The notes beneath the pieces were generated by a model that made no database searches, was not told the origin of the DNA, and saw nothing but the letters and a program-made list of their open reading frames with translations. DNA of 58,253 nucleotides, counting the filler, from Asterionella formosa (lineage: Eukaryota): NCBI GenBank assembly GCA_002256025.1. It is 8 parts of 8 records of this genome, joined end to end, with 100 filler letters (N's around TTAATTAATTAA, not from the genome) between each part and the next. Parts side by side here need not be neighbours in the genome. Positions count along the whole stretch, not along the records: positions 7,309 to 14,510 come from NKIB01012502.1; positions 14,611 to 21,807 come from NKIB01012503.1; positions 21,908 to 29,103 come from NKIB01012504.1; 5 more parts are not named here. The stretch is one strand, 5' to 3'. Both the position numbers and the translations under genes were made by a program. Position 1 is the first letter of the stretch; the number at the start of each line of letters is the position of its first letter. This document shows, in pieces, positions 11,664 to 23,731 of the stretch.

Positions 11664-11876
11664 AGCAGTTAACAGGGAGGAATCGTTTACATTTTTAATT
11701 TTCAATTTCTTTGGACTGCTCACCTGAAATGGTAACGCGAACGGAAGTGGACCAGTGCAACGCGCTCAATTTTTATTTACCTTACAACAAAATAATTATA
11801 CTTCTTACATAGCAAAACCTCACCATTGGCGAAGCTCCGAAAATGGGATTGTGTGTGTCTAAAATGCAAATATGTA

Positions 11877-13043
11877 CTACAGAATGTCAGCGTCGAAGGC
11901 TCCGAGAATATCATGAAGTGATGGCCGACGAGGTGCAGCTACTAATTCGGCTTCTAGCGACGAAGCTGCCAGTCGGGAGACTCTCCAGTGACTTTTCGAG
12001 CCTTCACTCGTAGGTTCTCCACTCGCTGGGATTTGCTCGACTGATTGACGCTTGGGGGGAGCAATTCGGATGTCTGAGCTGGAAAATCTCAATTCATCAT
12101 CGAATGACTCAAATATATCGTGCAAGGATGATGATTGGTGGGGCATATTCGTCGACCTAGTATCAGCAAATTTGCCCACGGGTAATTCAATCTGCTGCTC
12201 GTTATCTAGGGAATGAATGAAATATTGCCAAAATCCAATTATTTCAGGATATTGATTCTTCGCTTCGTCTCTCTCATCTCCGGCCAAAGTTAAATGCCCT
12301 TGTTCGATTCGCCGCGGCCATTTGAGCAATACAACTCCCGAAGTGAACCACAAGACGCAGGCGGCCAACACAGTGTACCCCCCATGAGCAATGCGACAAT
12401 TAGTGTATTTACCCGATACGACGGAATCGCAGACGCCAGACATTAATATCCACAAGGTCATCGCTTCTAGGAAGCAACAAATGACGAGAAACGACCCGAC
12501 CCATCTTCGCCAATTGGTCGTGGAGGCGTGATCGCGAACCACGCCAAGCCACAACATACTCATGGTCAAGAACCCAATGCAGACTGCCAAGACCCCACAA
12601 GCCCGGGCGATTCGAAAGTGCGAGTCTAAGAATACTTGCGGGGGACCAGATACATGACCCACGGGAGTATACTGACAAGTTCTGATCTTATCCATCGGCG
12701 CGGGAATGTAAATGTTCCCGTAAATGTCCACATCTGGATCGCTATAACTCCACAGGCCAAACGATATTGGATCCGGTTCGCCTTCTGTCGAAACTTCGGC
12801 CAACGTGCACAGCGTCAAGACTATGAGACTGCAAGAAAATGCATTCGAAACCAGGACACTCGGAATTATTTTCCACGGATCCAACGCGAGGAGACAACTT
12901 GTGAATCGCTCCCAATAGCTTTCGACGTAGCGCGCTTTGGCTTCTCGAACCACGTCCAGATCCAAGTCTAAATCTGGGCCCTCGTTGTCTTCTCGGTAGG
13001 CTCTAGCTGTAGAGAGGCGGTGCAAGTCAGTTTCTTGCATCAT
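11877..13043 (-). CDS. Four-TM membrane protein (claudin/PMP22-like fold suspected) with a low-complexity C-tail
   Basis: 388-aa ORF with TM1 followed by a GLW motif and Cys, then three further hydrophobic segments. Confidence 0.7.
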   Translation of the reverse strand: MMQETDLHRLSTARAYREDNEGPDLDLDLDVVREAKARYVESYWERFTSCLLALDPWKIIPSVLVSNAFSCSLIVLTLCTLAEVSTEGEPDPISFGLWSYSDPDVDIYGNIYIPAPMDKIRTCQYTPVGHVSGPPQVFLDSHFRIARACGVLAVCIGFLTMSMLWLGVVRDHASTTNWRRWVGSFLVICCFLEAMTLWILMSGVCDSVVSGKYTNCRIAHGGYTVLAACVLWFTSGVVLLKWPRRIEQGHLTLAGDERDEAKNQYPEIIGFWQYFIHSLDNEQQIELPVGKFADTRSTNMPHQSSSLHDIFESFDDELRFSSSDIRIAPPKRQSVEQIPASGEPTSEGSKSHWRVSRLAASSLEAELVAAPRRPSLHDILGAFDADIL

Positions 13044-14165
13044 TTTCGAAGGATTTGCTGTTTTATATATAGATCTCGCTCAATTGATCGAGGATGCAAA
13101 AGAAATGACGCCAGAAATTGTATCGATCAGCTAAGAGCGAGACTGAGGATGAGCGATGCGGTGAGAAAATCATGCATCATCAGGCAACCGATTACCTACA
13201 ACACAAGAAATATATTCACACCGGAATATTTTGACGGAAACTCCGAAGTACGAAAAGCGACGTACAAAAACTGTGTTTTATCTAAAATCGACCTCGTAAC
13301 ACGTTTTCCAAAAGGAACGCAAAAGAATGTGAAGTTCACAAAAGAATGCAAAAGACCACAAGAAATGACCGCAAAAGAATGCAAAAAACACAAAGTTTCC
13401 AAAAGACTGCAGAAACCCAGAGACGACCACAGAAACTGTTGCATATCTGAGTTTTCAAAGCAATTATAATAACATTGCACCATACTATACAATTTAGTTA
13501 CTAAGCATGATCCTGCGAAGTGTATACTTTTGTTGTATGTCTATATCTTAACATGATCATTGTTCAAAATAATTTAAAATGGATTAAAAATTTTACATCC
13601 ATATTTAGAAATGGTTCTATGTTTCTATATCTCTAGTGGCTACAAAATGTTCTACAATTCTTGATGTGAACATATTGACCATGCATAGATATAGACAGGA
13701 GACTCCCGGAAAAGTCACGTTCTACAATCTACTTGGTACTCCTACTTTTTACTTGGTTAAAGGGTGCGAACTGCACGAAGTGACGTACTTCAAAGTGTCA
13801 GTACAGACATACCTAACTTACAGAAACGGAACAATTGTTACCATCTAATAACCGGTATATTATTCTTACCGGCATTTTCGAAATATTCAAAGATATTTTT
13901 CCCAGTCACCTCCATAACAACAAATTCTAGCATCATACGGCTGAACATACCGTAGGGCATGACGTTGCTCATGGCAGCTAACAAAGTGGCGCATGTGAAC
14001 TTTTGATTGGCTTTCATGTTGAATGTATGGTTTAGGGACGACGATCCCCAATGCTGACAAGCACGTACCCGGAGAACGTGGGTACCAGCGGACTGGTACC
14101 AGGTACCTGGTACCGAAATGTAATCCACATACGTATGTGTGTATTCAATTATCGCATATAAGTTC

Positions 14166-14195
14166 TACTCCCTCTGTTCTGGCATAGTTGCAACT
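14166..14195 (+). repeat. Stowaway/mariner-like TIR fragment (second copy at 21323)
   Basis: TA|CTCCCTCTGTTCTGGCATAGTTGCAACT, near-identical to 21323-21352 on another scaffold. Confidence 0.55.
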
Positions 14196-14281
14196 AAACT
14201 ATCACTTCACTGGTCTGTACGTACTCCTACCAAATATCGCTATTGCTAAGTATACAATGTAGAACGGGGTACCACTTAAAA

Positions 14282-14488
14282 ACTGTAAGCCACCGCTATT
14301 TTACTCTATCTTTCGACTAAAAATATTTATGTAATTCAACGATCAAAACTTGACGCAAGTACAAAGCTTATGTTAGACAATGCTCTCTGCTATACTATTA
14401 AGGAATCAGTTTTGATTCAGTGTATCTAGCCATGAAGAAATAATTTTTCCAAAGTCACTAAGATTATTGCATAGCGGTGGCTTACAGT
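14282..14488. mobile_element. MITE-like element, 207 bp
   Basis: Perfect 18-bp inverted termini ACTGTAAGCCACCGCTAT (14282-14299) and ATAGCGGTGGCTTACAGT (14471-14488), with an AT-rich interior. No clear TSD. Confidence 0.75.
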
Positions 14489-14510
14489 GCATATTTTTCT
14501 ATCTGTACAT

Positions 14511-14610
14511 NNNNNNNNNNNNNNNNNNNNNNNNNNNNNNNNNNNNNNNNNNNNTTAATTAATTAANNNNNNNNNNNNNNNNNNNNNNNNNNNNNNNNNN
14601 NNNNNNNNNN
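14511..14610. other. Artificial scaffold-joining linker
   Basis: N44-TTAATTAATTAA-N44. Confidence 0.97.
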
Positions 14611-14827
14611 GAATATTTTAATCTCAATTAATGACGTTGCTCTTGCTAAGCGAGGAACTCATGTCTTTGAAATTAAAGGCATGAGAGCGAGTCAACAAAA
14701 ACTATTTCACTTCGCTCCATTGCATCATGATATTATAGGTAATTTTTCGTCATCCTAAAATACTCAATTCGGCCGTTTGGAAGAAATGTACATAGCCAAC
14801 ATCTCACCAAACTTATCTACATGCAGG

Positions 14828-16699
14828 TTACTCTCGTTTTGATTTACGCTGCTTAGACGGTGATTTTGTCAATTCCGGCGCTGCTTCTAGTTTGGCCATA
14901 CAATTTTGTTGCAACCACCGTCCCAATGCTAACTTGACACCAAAGAGTACCAACCAAGCCACAATCAGCAATACCTTGCTTTCTGGTTGGAAATATCTCA
15001 TACCTTCCTTCAATAGTCGTAGCATGACGCAAACCAATGGAATTTGAGCAAAGCCAAGTCGTTTCACAACGGCGTGAGAATGATCTAAATTAACTCCCTC
15101 ATGTCCAATTCCTGTAACATCTCCAGCCAATAGCAAGGCATATTCAGGATAGACCGTCGACCGAATAAAGTTGAATTTAGTAATGAAGGAATGCTTCAAC
15201 CAGTCCGCCAACAATTCTGCACACCAGACAACTCCGCACATCCAAATATATTGTGTCTTGCTTTGTAAATCCATACCTTGCGAGATATTCAGCATAAGGA
15301 CTAATGTCAAGAATAATGCCAATTTGAAACGCTCACAAATATCGGACGCTGCAATTTTAAACAAATTGGGTTTGTTGTATTTCTTAAAGACTGTCGATTT
15401 GATCTCCGCAAAATTTCCCGATATTAGCAGCGTCAAGAGTGCTTGGTCACTTGAATTCATGGCAACATTCAATGTTGCTACATGAACGAACAATATTAAC
15501 GTATGGCATGCCGCATACACCAAGACCACCAAGGAACTGACTGCCATCCTTGTACTCTTTGGTTTCCGAGTTGTATTCCAATACATGGAATCCAAACAAT
15601 CTTGCCCCATACTACACATGAGTCGATCAAATACTTCCACAATGGCAATGCAGACATATAACTTTAGCATGGCTTGCCCTCTAATCCAATGATAGAGTTT
15701 ACCAATAGAAATGGGAACCAATACGAACCGGTACACAATGTAAATGATACTGACTTGAATCAATTGATACAAGTGTCTGTTATTATGATTTGTTGAGAGA
15801 GTGCGAGCGCTGACTACTATGAATAACACGAAGCAAACACTTTCTTGAACCACACGCAAACATATACATACACACTCTAACGTACCGTCGATGAAATTGA
15901 TATTCCGGAGTTTGAGGTTTTGTCCATCGTATTACCAGCAATAGTAAGCTCCATACTGCTCTTACTGGTAAAATGGTCAAGGTATATAAAAAACAGTCGA
16001 CGCAAATAATAATTCCAAAACTCAACAGCGCCTCAACTTGTGACGGAACGCGAACAAATTCTTCCATTTGTTGATCAACGTCAGGAGTTGATTCTTGAAA
16101 GCTATTGAGATAATCCATCCACTTGGCCTGAATGGATTTAGGTTCTTCTGTAGCAGTAGTAGTAGTTGCCACTTGTGTCATGCCAGTGCTAACCTTGTCA
16201 GAAGGAGAAGATGAATAGTCACAGCTTGAGCCCGCAAGTAGGGGTGCACTTATACTTAAATCTGTGATTGATTCATCATGCAATATTTTGGAAGAAAAGG
16301 TTCTACGATGTTGACTTTGATAGGGCAAGGGAGATGGTGAATCCAAGGCAGGGACTGTTGTGGAGGGTGACGGGGAAACATCTCGTGGTAGGGTTGGCGA
16401 CTGTTGTTGATCGAGGTTTGAGTTAGTTACCTAGTACTAGTTAGTAATGATAAAGGGTTCTTGTCCACACTCACGTGATGCAATGTAACGCGAGAACTCC
16501 GTTGGCGCTGCAAAAGTCGAGACAGTGTAGCTAACTTCTCCTCCAGTTCCGCCACCCTGTCTTCCAGTGACAGCTCTGAAGTAAACGGAGGCGGCGTGGA
16601 CGGCGCCGCTGCCCCTACTTGTTTGACTGCAATATGATGATCGTGCACTGACGGGGAGGATGGTACTGCCGGTGAGGCAACGTTGGGAGCCACCATCAT
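14828..16699 (-). CDS. TAPT1: TAPT1/EMP65 (DUF747) ER membrane protein, 3 exons (about 16699-16475, 16400-15886, 15776-14828)
   Basis: Motifs DCFLYTLTILP, YHWIRGQAMLKLY, NVAMNS..ALLTLLISGNFAEIKSTVFKK, DICERF and DWLKHSFITKFN. Intron 15885-15777 restores FHRRHLYQ. Intron 1 has donor GTGAGT at 16474 and an acceptor at 16401 (or 16431; both are in frame). Confidence 0.88.
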
Positions 16700-17087
16700 T
16701 AGGATGGCCTTCCTTTCCTGGTGTCTGTTTTGTTTTGCTTGCAGGTATTTCGTTTCGTTTTGTTTCATCACGCACGTTCTTTCGTTTTGGCGTCATGCGC
16801 GCATGCTAATGTTGTGCGTTTGGTCGCTCTATTTGAATACGTACCCTGGTACCTGGTACCGGTACGTCCTCAGCCATATGCATGCATTTCCCGGTACCGG
16901 TACCTGGTATGCTGATGGCTGGCTGGCTGATAGAGAACACACATATGATGGCACATCTCAACCACGGAAGTACCTGGTTCGTGGTCCCTGATATGGTACC
17001 AGGGATACCTGGTACCAGGTACTAACTCTGTTACAGCATACCAAATCAGTCTGTCCGGCTCCCGATGTGCTTGATGAATTTACCAGG

Positions 17088-20000
17088 TGAGCGATCCTGC
17101 ATATCGATACTGTTGTATATAGGGTTAGGGTTATATCAAATATATCAGAACTCAATAATGAGAGAACTTGACTAACACCTATTGTATACTTTGATGTCAA
17201 CTTAGGAAAACGAGTTGTACATTAGGATAAATTAATAAGCTCATATATTCAACAAATACTACTACTTCTAGTTAGATACTTCACTTTGAATTCAAAAAGA
17301 GTCCAATTAGAACAAAACAAACATGGCAATGTAGCTATTCAAGGGTTCCTGTCATTCCTTTGATCAAAGATTACAATGTATTGACTATCAAGACCAAGAC
17401 ATTCAAAGTTGCTTTAACCCGGTGGAAGGTTTGAATCATTTGATCAAGATATGATTGATGGAAGCTCTGTGGAAGCATTGTTGATTGGGTGGCTGGAGTG
17501 AGTCAATTTTGTGACATGGCTAACACATATGCCTTTAGCCCTGCAGATACCTTTTCCTACTTTAAAAGGTGTTTGACCGACATTGCCTTATCGGATTGGT
17601 TGAATGAGGAAATACACCCAGAAGATCAATCCTTATATATTTTCGATGAAGCGATGGTATAATGGTAAGATGATTGTTTACCAAACAAGAGTTTTCAATG
17701 TCAACAAGAACAATGGATGCTACGCTACTAACCTTACCCTTTTCTATGTTGGTCATGGATTTCGGAGCTCGCATTAAAACTTTGAACAGGCTACTTCAAG
17801 TAATGCCTCATCCAGAAGATCAAAACGGATTGTCAAAAGAAGATATGTGGATTATCATCATCTGTTCTATGCCCGATGAGTGGCAGCAAGAGTTTGAATT
17901 GAATCATGTTAAAACGTCAGAAAAATTAATTCGCTCGGTTCTCGCTTACTTCGAGAGTCAATAGTCGTTTAAGGATCGAAGCCAACACCTTCCCAAGAAC
18001 AGTTTTCAAACAATCACGCAAAATCGTCTTCGTTGCTGAAGGCAATCATGTGATGCGTCAGGAAAACGAGCGTGTCAGTCGTCCATTTTACAACGATAAT
18101 TTTACTCCAAGTGGTCATGGAAGAGCGCATGCAATTGTCAACGCGGCTGGTCATGCATGGGATCTTCAAGCGACTGTTTGTAATCAAGCTCTACAAGCCA
18201 GTCGTACATACCACCTAAGAACTGAGAGTCATATAAAGTTTACCCCATGTTTCGACTCAAACTATTTCAGTCAAATTTCATGGTGACAACAAATCAAGTA
18301 CTTAGCTAAATGTAGAACAGGCTCTTCGGCCCGCTTTCAATAGGTATGTTTAATTAGTAATGAAGCTTCATAAGCAATTCAAGCGATATGAAGTTTATAA
18401 AGTTGATGATTGTGGTCGTTTTGTATGACTATCAATACATATTTTTTACTACGTACCTGAAGACAATTTTATATTCAAATTCTGGTTTCGATTACCCTAT
18501 TGTTCATTCTAAAGCTTTTTCCTGATACAATATTATTTGTCTGTTGCATCATCTACCCATTTATTATTAATTGTTTTCATTTTTTAAACCTTAAATAATA
18601 ATGCGTTTGCCTTTTAACTCAAATGGTAAGTAGGGCTTGTCTTGTTTGTGGTGCCGGGAAATCTCCATTGCGTCGGAACCATCGCACAAGGATCTTAATT
18701 TCAGGAACTGACAGCAAATGAACAGGCTTGTTGGCTGCGCGTAGAGCCATAAATTTGTTCCGTAGCTTCATAAATTCATGCTGACTTTTGTTTTGACGCT
18801 CAGTAACCAGTTCCTCTGCCTTTCTCATTCTCACCATTGCAGATGCAAGCACATTTGTTCCAAAAGCATGAATGCCAGCAGATGCCAATAGGCCGGCAGA
18901 GATTCTTTTCTTGTGGGAGTCGAGATGGGCTTGGGCATCAATGTCGATTCCATTTTGAGCATCTTCACGATTCCTGTATTCAACAACACGGTCAACTAGA
19001 GTGCCAGCATATCCATCTGACAGATTTAATTCTTGGGGAGAAGTAGCATTTGCAGTATTGTTTATTTGGATGCCATTTTGAAATGTTGTCTTTGTAAGCA
19101 AGTTGGATTTCAGAGTGATTGAGAACATTATAGTTGAGTGGGCCACATCCTCAGTTGGCAATTGCAGTCCTGTTGGAGGTAACTTGACCAAATGATTCAT
19201 CCCATGCAGTGCTTACTATTCCGAAAATGTCAGCTTTATTGAGTGAGAATTCCTGATGATGGTCCGCTTTCTTGGTGAGTAGTAATATTCCCACTTCGCT
19301 TTTGTAATGGCCATCTTGTGGTAGCAACGGTTTTGTTCAGTGGAGTCACCGACTTGCCAGTAGGAGGTCCCGTATGGAACACCAATGCAGACATTCCAAT
19401 TGTACTCAGGATTATTGATGTATTCAAGAAAGAACAAGTCAAAACGGCCTCCATGACCATCAAGAATTAAGAAAGGTGGTGGGCCAGTGTCCTGTGCGAA
19501 AATTACGGTTTTGTCCATGTGTGCAAGCATTTCAACAAGTAGCTCTGCTGCGATACTTTTATTTTCAGAGGCACAACAGTAAGGAGGTAAGTTGACTCCA
19601 TCAACTGTGCACATTGGTCCTTGCGGGTACCTTTTGTTCTTTCCACTGTTTGCTAAACAAGCTGGTTTACTAGGAGTCTATCATGCCAGTACCAGGTAAC
19701 ACTAGGTTATAATATTTATTTATTGGCGCACCGGCACTTAAACAACTCAAATTAAATGAGTTATTATGGTGCATGACTTTATTGCAATGGCGCAAGCATG
19801 CCATAGTAATGATGCGGAAAAGTCTTGAAACAAGCTAATTATTTATATAGCTTCAGCTTCTCCTATGTGTTGAAAAAGTCATGCAGGGCGGCTCAATGAG
19901 TAAAACTGATTTGTACTAAAAATCGTTGGAATTAGATGATGAACCTTTGCTTACTTGTTTCCTTAATCATCCAATCTTGACAGACAATATTCAATATCCT

Positions 20001-20765
20001 CTGGACTATAATTTAATACATGACAGACTTTTGCTGCAATTGATTCTCAATCAACAAACACATCCGTTAAAATTTCCGTCCATCAATTTTCATGATATAT
20101 TTTTAATATTTTTTGTGAAGAGTCCAGGAGATACTTAGCATATTGCTATTCCTACATCACTATTGGATACTATTTATAATTGGTAATATATGCAGCTCGA
20201 ACTACTATTCATAGTACTATATTACATATTTCACCCGGAGCTTCGGGTTTTCAATGTGATATGATATTAAATATTCCTTTGATTACAGATTTACAATTAA
20301 TAAATCAACGTCGACAAGTAATAACTGACGAACGTTAACGTCGTGTTAATTTCCGTCGTCGATCTTATGATTACAAGTGGGCGACGAGATTTTAATACTA
20401 TTCGATAATCCTACTACTACTTTGGATGATTGTGGACGCGGTACTTATACTATTATTCAAGTACTACATGCCAATGGTACAGTTACTTTTCAACTAACCA
20501 TGCATATTACTTCGTCGTATCAAACGTTTTCATAGGTAAAAGGTTTTCCCTTAAGTGTGGGAGAGTGAGCAATCCTGCATATTGATACAGATGTATATAG
20601 GACTAGGGTTATATCAAATATATCAGAACTCAGTGATGAGAGAACTCGACTAACACCTATTGTATAGCTACTTTGATGTCAACTTAAGAAAACGAATTGT
20701 ACATAAGGATAAATTAATAAGCTCATATATTCAACAAATACGACTACTTCTAGTTAGTTACTTTA
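17088..20765 (+). mobile_element. Decayed, internally deleted Ty3/Gypsy LTR retrotransposon with both LTRs (17088-17283, 20566-20765)
   Basis: Direct repeats of ~196/200 bp start with TG and end CA/TA. PPT GTGGGAGAG precedes the 3' LTR. The TSD is near-perfect (CCAGG/GCAGG). Remnants include gag (FGARIKTLN..MPDEWQQEF), a pol linker (19926-20185) and the integrase end (HANGTVT..RRIKRF). Confidence 0.85.
18619..19660 (-). pseudogene. pogo/DDE_1-type transposase remnant nested in the Gypsy element
   Basis: PFLILDGHGGRFD...VCIGVPYGTSYWQVGDSTEQN, fragmented by frameshifts. Homologous to 33300-34480. Confidence 0.8.
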
Positions 20766-20864
20766 GCAGGTACCAGGTGCTGATTTTTATAAATACGTTT
20801 GTGTGTGTAGTATTATTAAAGCTGCATACAGCAACATCGATTCAATATAACATATAAACACGAA

Positions 20865-21152
20865 CCATGAGCATACATGCTGGCATACCAGTGCTCCCTA
20901 TTTTTAAACCGGTATTTGTTTTGGCATTGAGCAAAATCATATCTAAGTTGAGCAATGTAGATAAAGTATTAATGTTTAACTATCATTTTTGTTTGTTTAA
21001 TATTTGTCTATCTGGCACAGATTCCTATATAATTCAAATATTCAAATCGACACTGGAATCATCAGAATTCATAGTAGGAAACTCCCTGTTCCACACTGTT
21101 TTCACAACCCTGGCAACATTTTCTCCAAACTAGAGTTAAGCCAGGGCCGCAA
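20865..21152 (+). repeat. Dispersed copy of the 3' terminal region of the transposon at 21908-23731
   Basis: Alignable with ~23465-23735, for example TGTTTTGGCRTTGAGCAAAAT, TATCATTTTTGTTTGTTTAA, ATTCAAATATTCAAAT and the terminal GGGCCGCAACCT. Confidence 0.8.
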
Positions 21153-21687
21153 CCTGAAAGCAAAAGATGTCAAATCTGTTATTTAATAGCTGATTATTAT
21201 TGCTTTTATCGATGCTGCAAAAAGGATGCATTGCTCATGGGAATGATGGAAGTATGATGTTGATGAGATTTCAAAATTGTTTGCTTGCCACCACCAGTAA
21301 AAGTACCAGTATGCATACTATGTACTCCCTCTGTTCTGGTATAGTTGTAACTTGTAACCAGATTTTAGGTCACTGCCTCTCATGAAGTGCAAGCTCCGGA
21401 CTTTCTCCGTCTAATAGCCATTCTGCTTGTACCGGTAGTCATCATTGCCCTCAATATACGGTACGCAAGGAAACATGCATCCTGTGGGAGTATAGATGAC
21501 ACATGACACCAAAAAAACTCTTATTACTACGGTACTCCGTACACCGTACCTACAAACTGGTACTCTATGTATGGTTGCGGTTGAAACGTTGACACTATGA
21601 CAAAGGGAAAAGCAGAACAACAGAAGGGGGGGCGCGCAGATGGCTGGTTCCTGGTACCTGGTAGTGTAGCAGCTGGGACCAGGTATC

Positions 21688-21773
21688 TGCAGGTAATTGT
21701 GCTGAAACTAATAGTTTAGCTATCTTTATCCTATTTTAAATTGTTTGTTTATTCAGCCAAATGACCGCAACTT
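21688..21773. repeat. ~85-bp mini-MITE copy (reverse-complement homolog of 35721-35804)
   Basis: Shares GCTGAAACTA..AGTTTAGCTAT..TTATCC..TGTTTGTTTA..AAATGACCGCAACT. Confidence 0.7.
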
Positions 21774-21807
21774 GCTGTTTCTGGCACTCTGCAATGTACC
21801 TAGGTCT

Positions 21808-21907
21808 NNNNNNNNNNNNNNNNNNNNNNNNNNNNNNNNNNNNNNNNNNNNTTAATTAATTAANNNNNNNNNNNNNNNNNNNNNNNNNNNNNNNNNNNNN
21901 NNNNNNN
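21808..21907. other. Artificial scaffold-joining linker
   Basis: N44-TTAATTAATTAA-N44. Confidence 0.97.
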
Positions 21908-23731
21908 AGCAAACTGTTATGATTGTTGGACAGGATGAAGCAATATTCAAACAATTCTTGTTGAATTCCAAGATGTGGACAGGTCCGAATGGCGAGAGAC
22001 CCCTACTACCAAAAGATGAGGGTTCTGGAGTAATGATCAGTTCATTTATCACTCGAGAGCATGGCTTGATAAGAGAAATCGATGACTATATTCTTACAAC
22101 GGTCAATGCCAATAGACTTGGAGCAAGTTATGCAGATGAGGAAGCTGCAATTGACGTACATGGGACCAAAAAGAAGAAGCCATTGACAAAAAACAATTCT
22201 CCATTCTTGGTCTACTTTGATTATGGAGAAAATCGGGATGGCTACTGGAATTACAATCACATGGTGTGTCAATTCGAAGACACAATTGATGTACTAAAAG
22301 TGATGCATCCACACTATAAGTTTGTTTATCTATTCAACCATTCAAGTGGACACAGCAAACATAGACCTGATGGATTGAGTTCAATCAGGATGAAAAAAAC
22401 CTTTGGTGGAAAGGGGTTGCCCATGCGATCGACAATCATTGAACAAGAAGCAGGATTCCTTGGCCCCTTTCAAAGAAAATTACAACCTGGTCAAACACAG
22501 CACCTCACATTCCAACCTGATGATGTGGGCCCATGTTGGATGACTCCTGCTGAACAAGAAGCAAGTCGACATGATACCATCATTGGAGTACCCAAAGAAA
22601 TTCAAAGAAGTCGTGCCCAATTAATATTCGATCTTGCTGCTAAGGGAGCCAATACTAAAGGGAAGAATAAAAGCGATCTGCTGCTCCTCCTCTGTCCACA
22701 GTATCAAGTGCCAACTTCGACACAAATTTCAAGGGTCAAGGAGGGTTGGGAAGTAAAATCGAAGGGATTAGTTCAATTGCTTTGGGAAAGGGGATTAATT
22801 GAAGGAACAAAGGTGAATAGCTACACACTTACCGGTCGAAAAGATGCATTTGGCCTGCAAATAGAGAGCAACACAATTCTTTGACATCTTATGTCCTTGT
22901 GATATGATGACTTCTTGAATGAGCAAGGCATGATGCAATATATTGGTACCAAACTTGTAGTGGAAGTAATGCTAAATCCAAAATGCCATGCCGAGATAGC
23001 TGGGGAAGGTGTGGAATACAGGTGGGCGTGTGCCAAAGGCACATACCGGAACCTGGCACTGAAGGAAAAGAAGGGGAAATCGAATTTCATGGCAAGTGTT
23101 AGAACATGTTTGTCAGCTGAAGTGATTACAGGAGCCCGAATAAGGAAATTTTCTCGACGAGCTCGCCAGTACATGTTGGCTTACCATGCTCTTGATTCTG
23201 GCTTATTTGAACCAGAACTGCAACAGCAGCGCTCCAAGCATGGCCCTGTCGAAATCGACAACCTTATAAAGAAGATGAAGACACATCGATGTGCCTTGGA
23301 CTTTGATTACAAGTTTGTAATGAATGGAGATGAATAAAGCGATCGCTGATGTTGTTATATGCTTGTCAACATTACGTAAACTCATGCATGAATATATTTA
23401 TCCATAAAATATTCCCTATGCTAATTATCTATCATACTAGGGCTACGGTGGCTACTATATGTACTCTGAGCATGATTCCAGCCATATGTGTTTTGGCGTT
23501 GAGCAAAATTATGTCTGCATGCAGTAACGTAGATACAATAAAGACGTTTAAATATCATTTTTGTTTGTTTAAAATGGAACTCTATCAATCTGGTGCCGAT
23601 TCCTATTTAATTCAAATATTCAAATGGACACTCAAATCATGGGAACTCATAGAAGCAAACTCCTTGTTCCCTGCCGTTTTTAGACCCCTAGCAGTGTTTC
23701 TACAAACTAGGGTTAAGCCGGGGCCGCAACC
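21908..23731 (+). mobile_element. IS630/Tc1/mariner-like DNA transposon 3' part; disrupted DDE transposase (21910-23337) with a long insert between the second acidic residue and the E motif
   Basis: GQDEAIF, LLPKDEGSGVMISSF, GENRDGYW, YLFNHSSGH (D to N), KGLVQLLWERG and PKCHAEIAGEGVEYRW. Stop and frameshift near 22884. The exact clade is not assigned. Confidence 0.72.

Noticed and set aside
13197..13220. TIR shared with 54341-54361 (TACAACACAARGAAA, inverted)
   Set aside because: The match is short, the two sites are on different scaffolds, and no partner end was found on either.
17120..17133. Telomeric TTAGGG repeat
   Set aside because: Only two units, inside an LTR, and not conserved in the other LTR.
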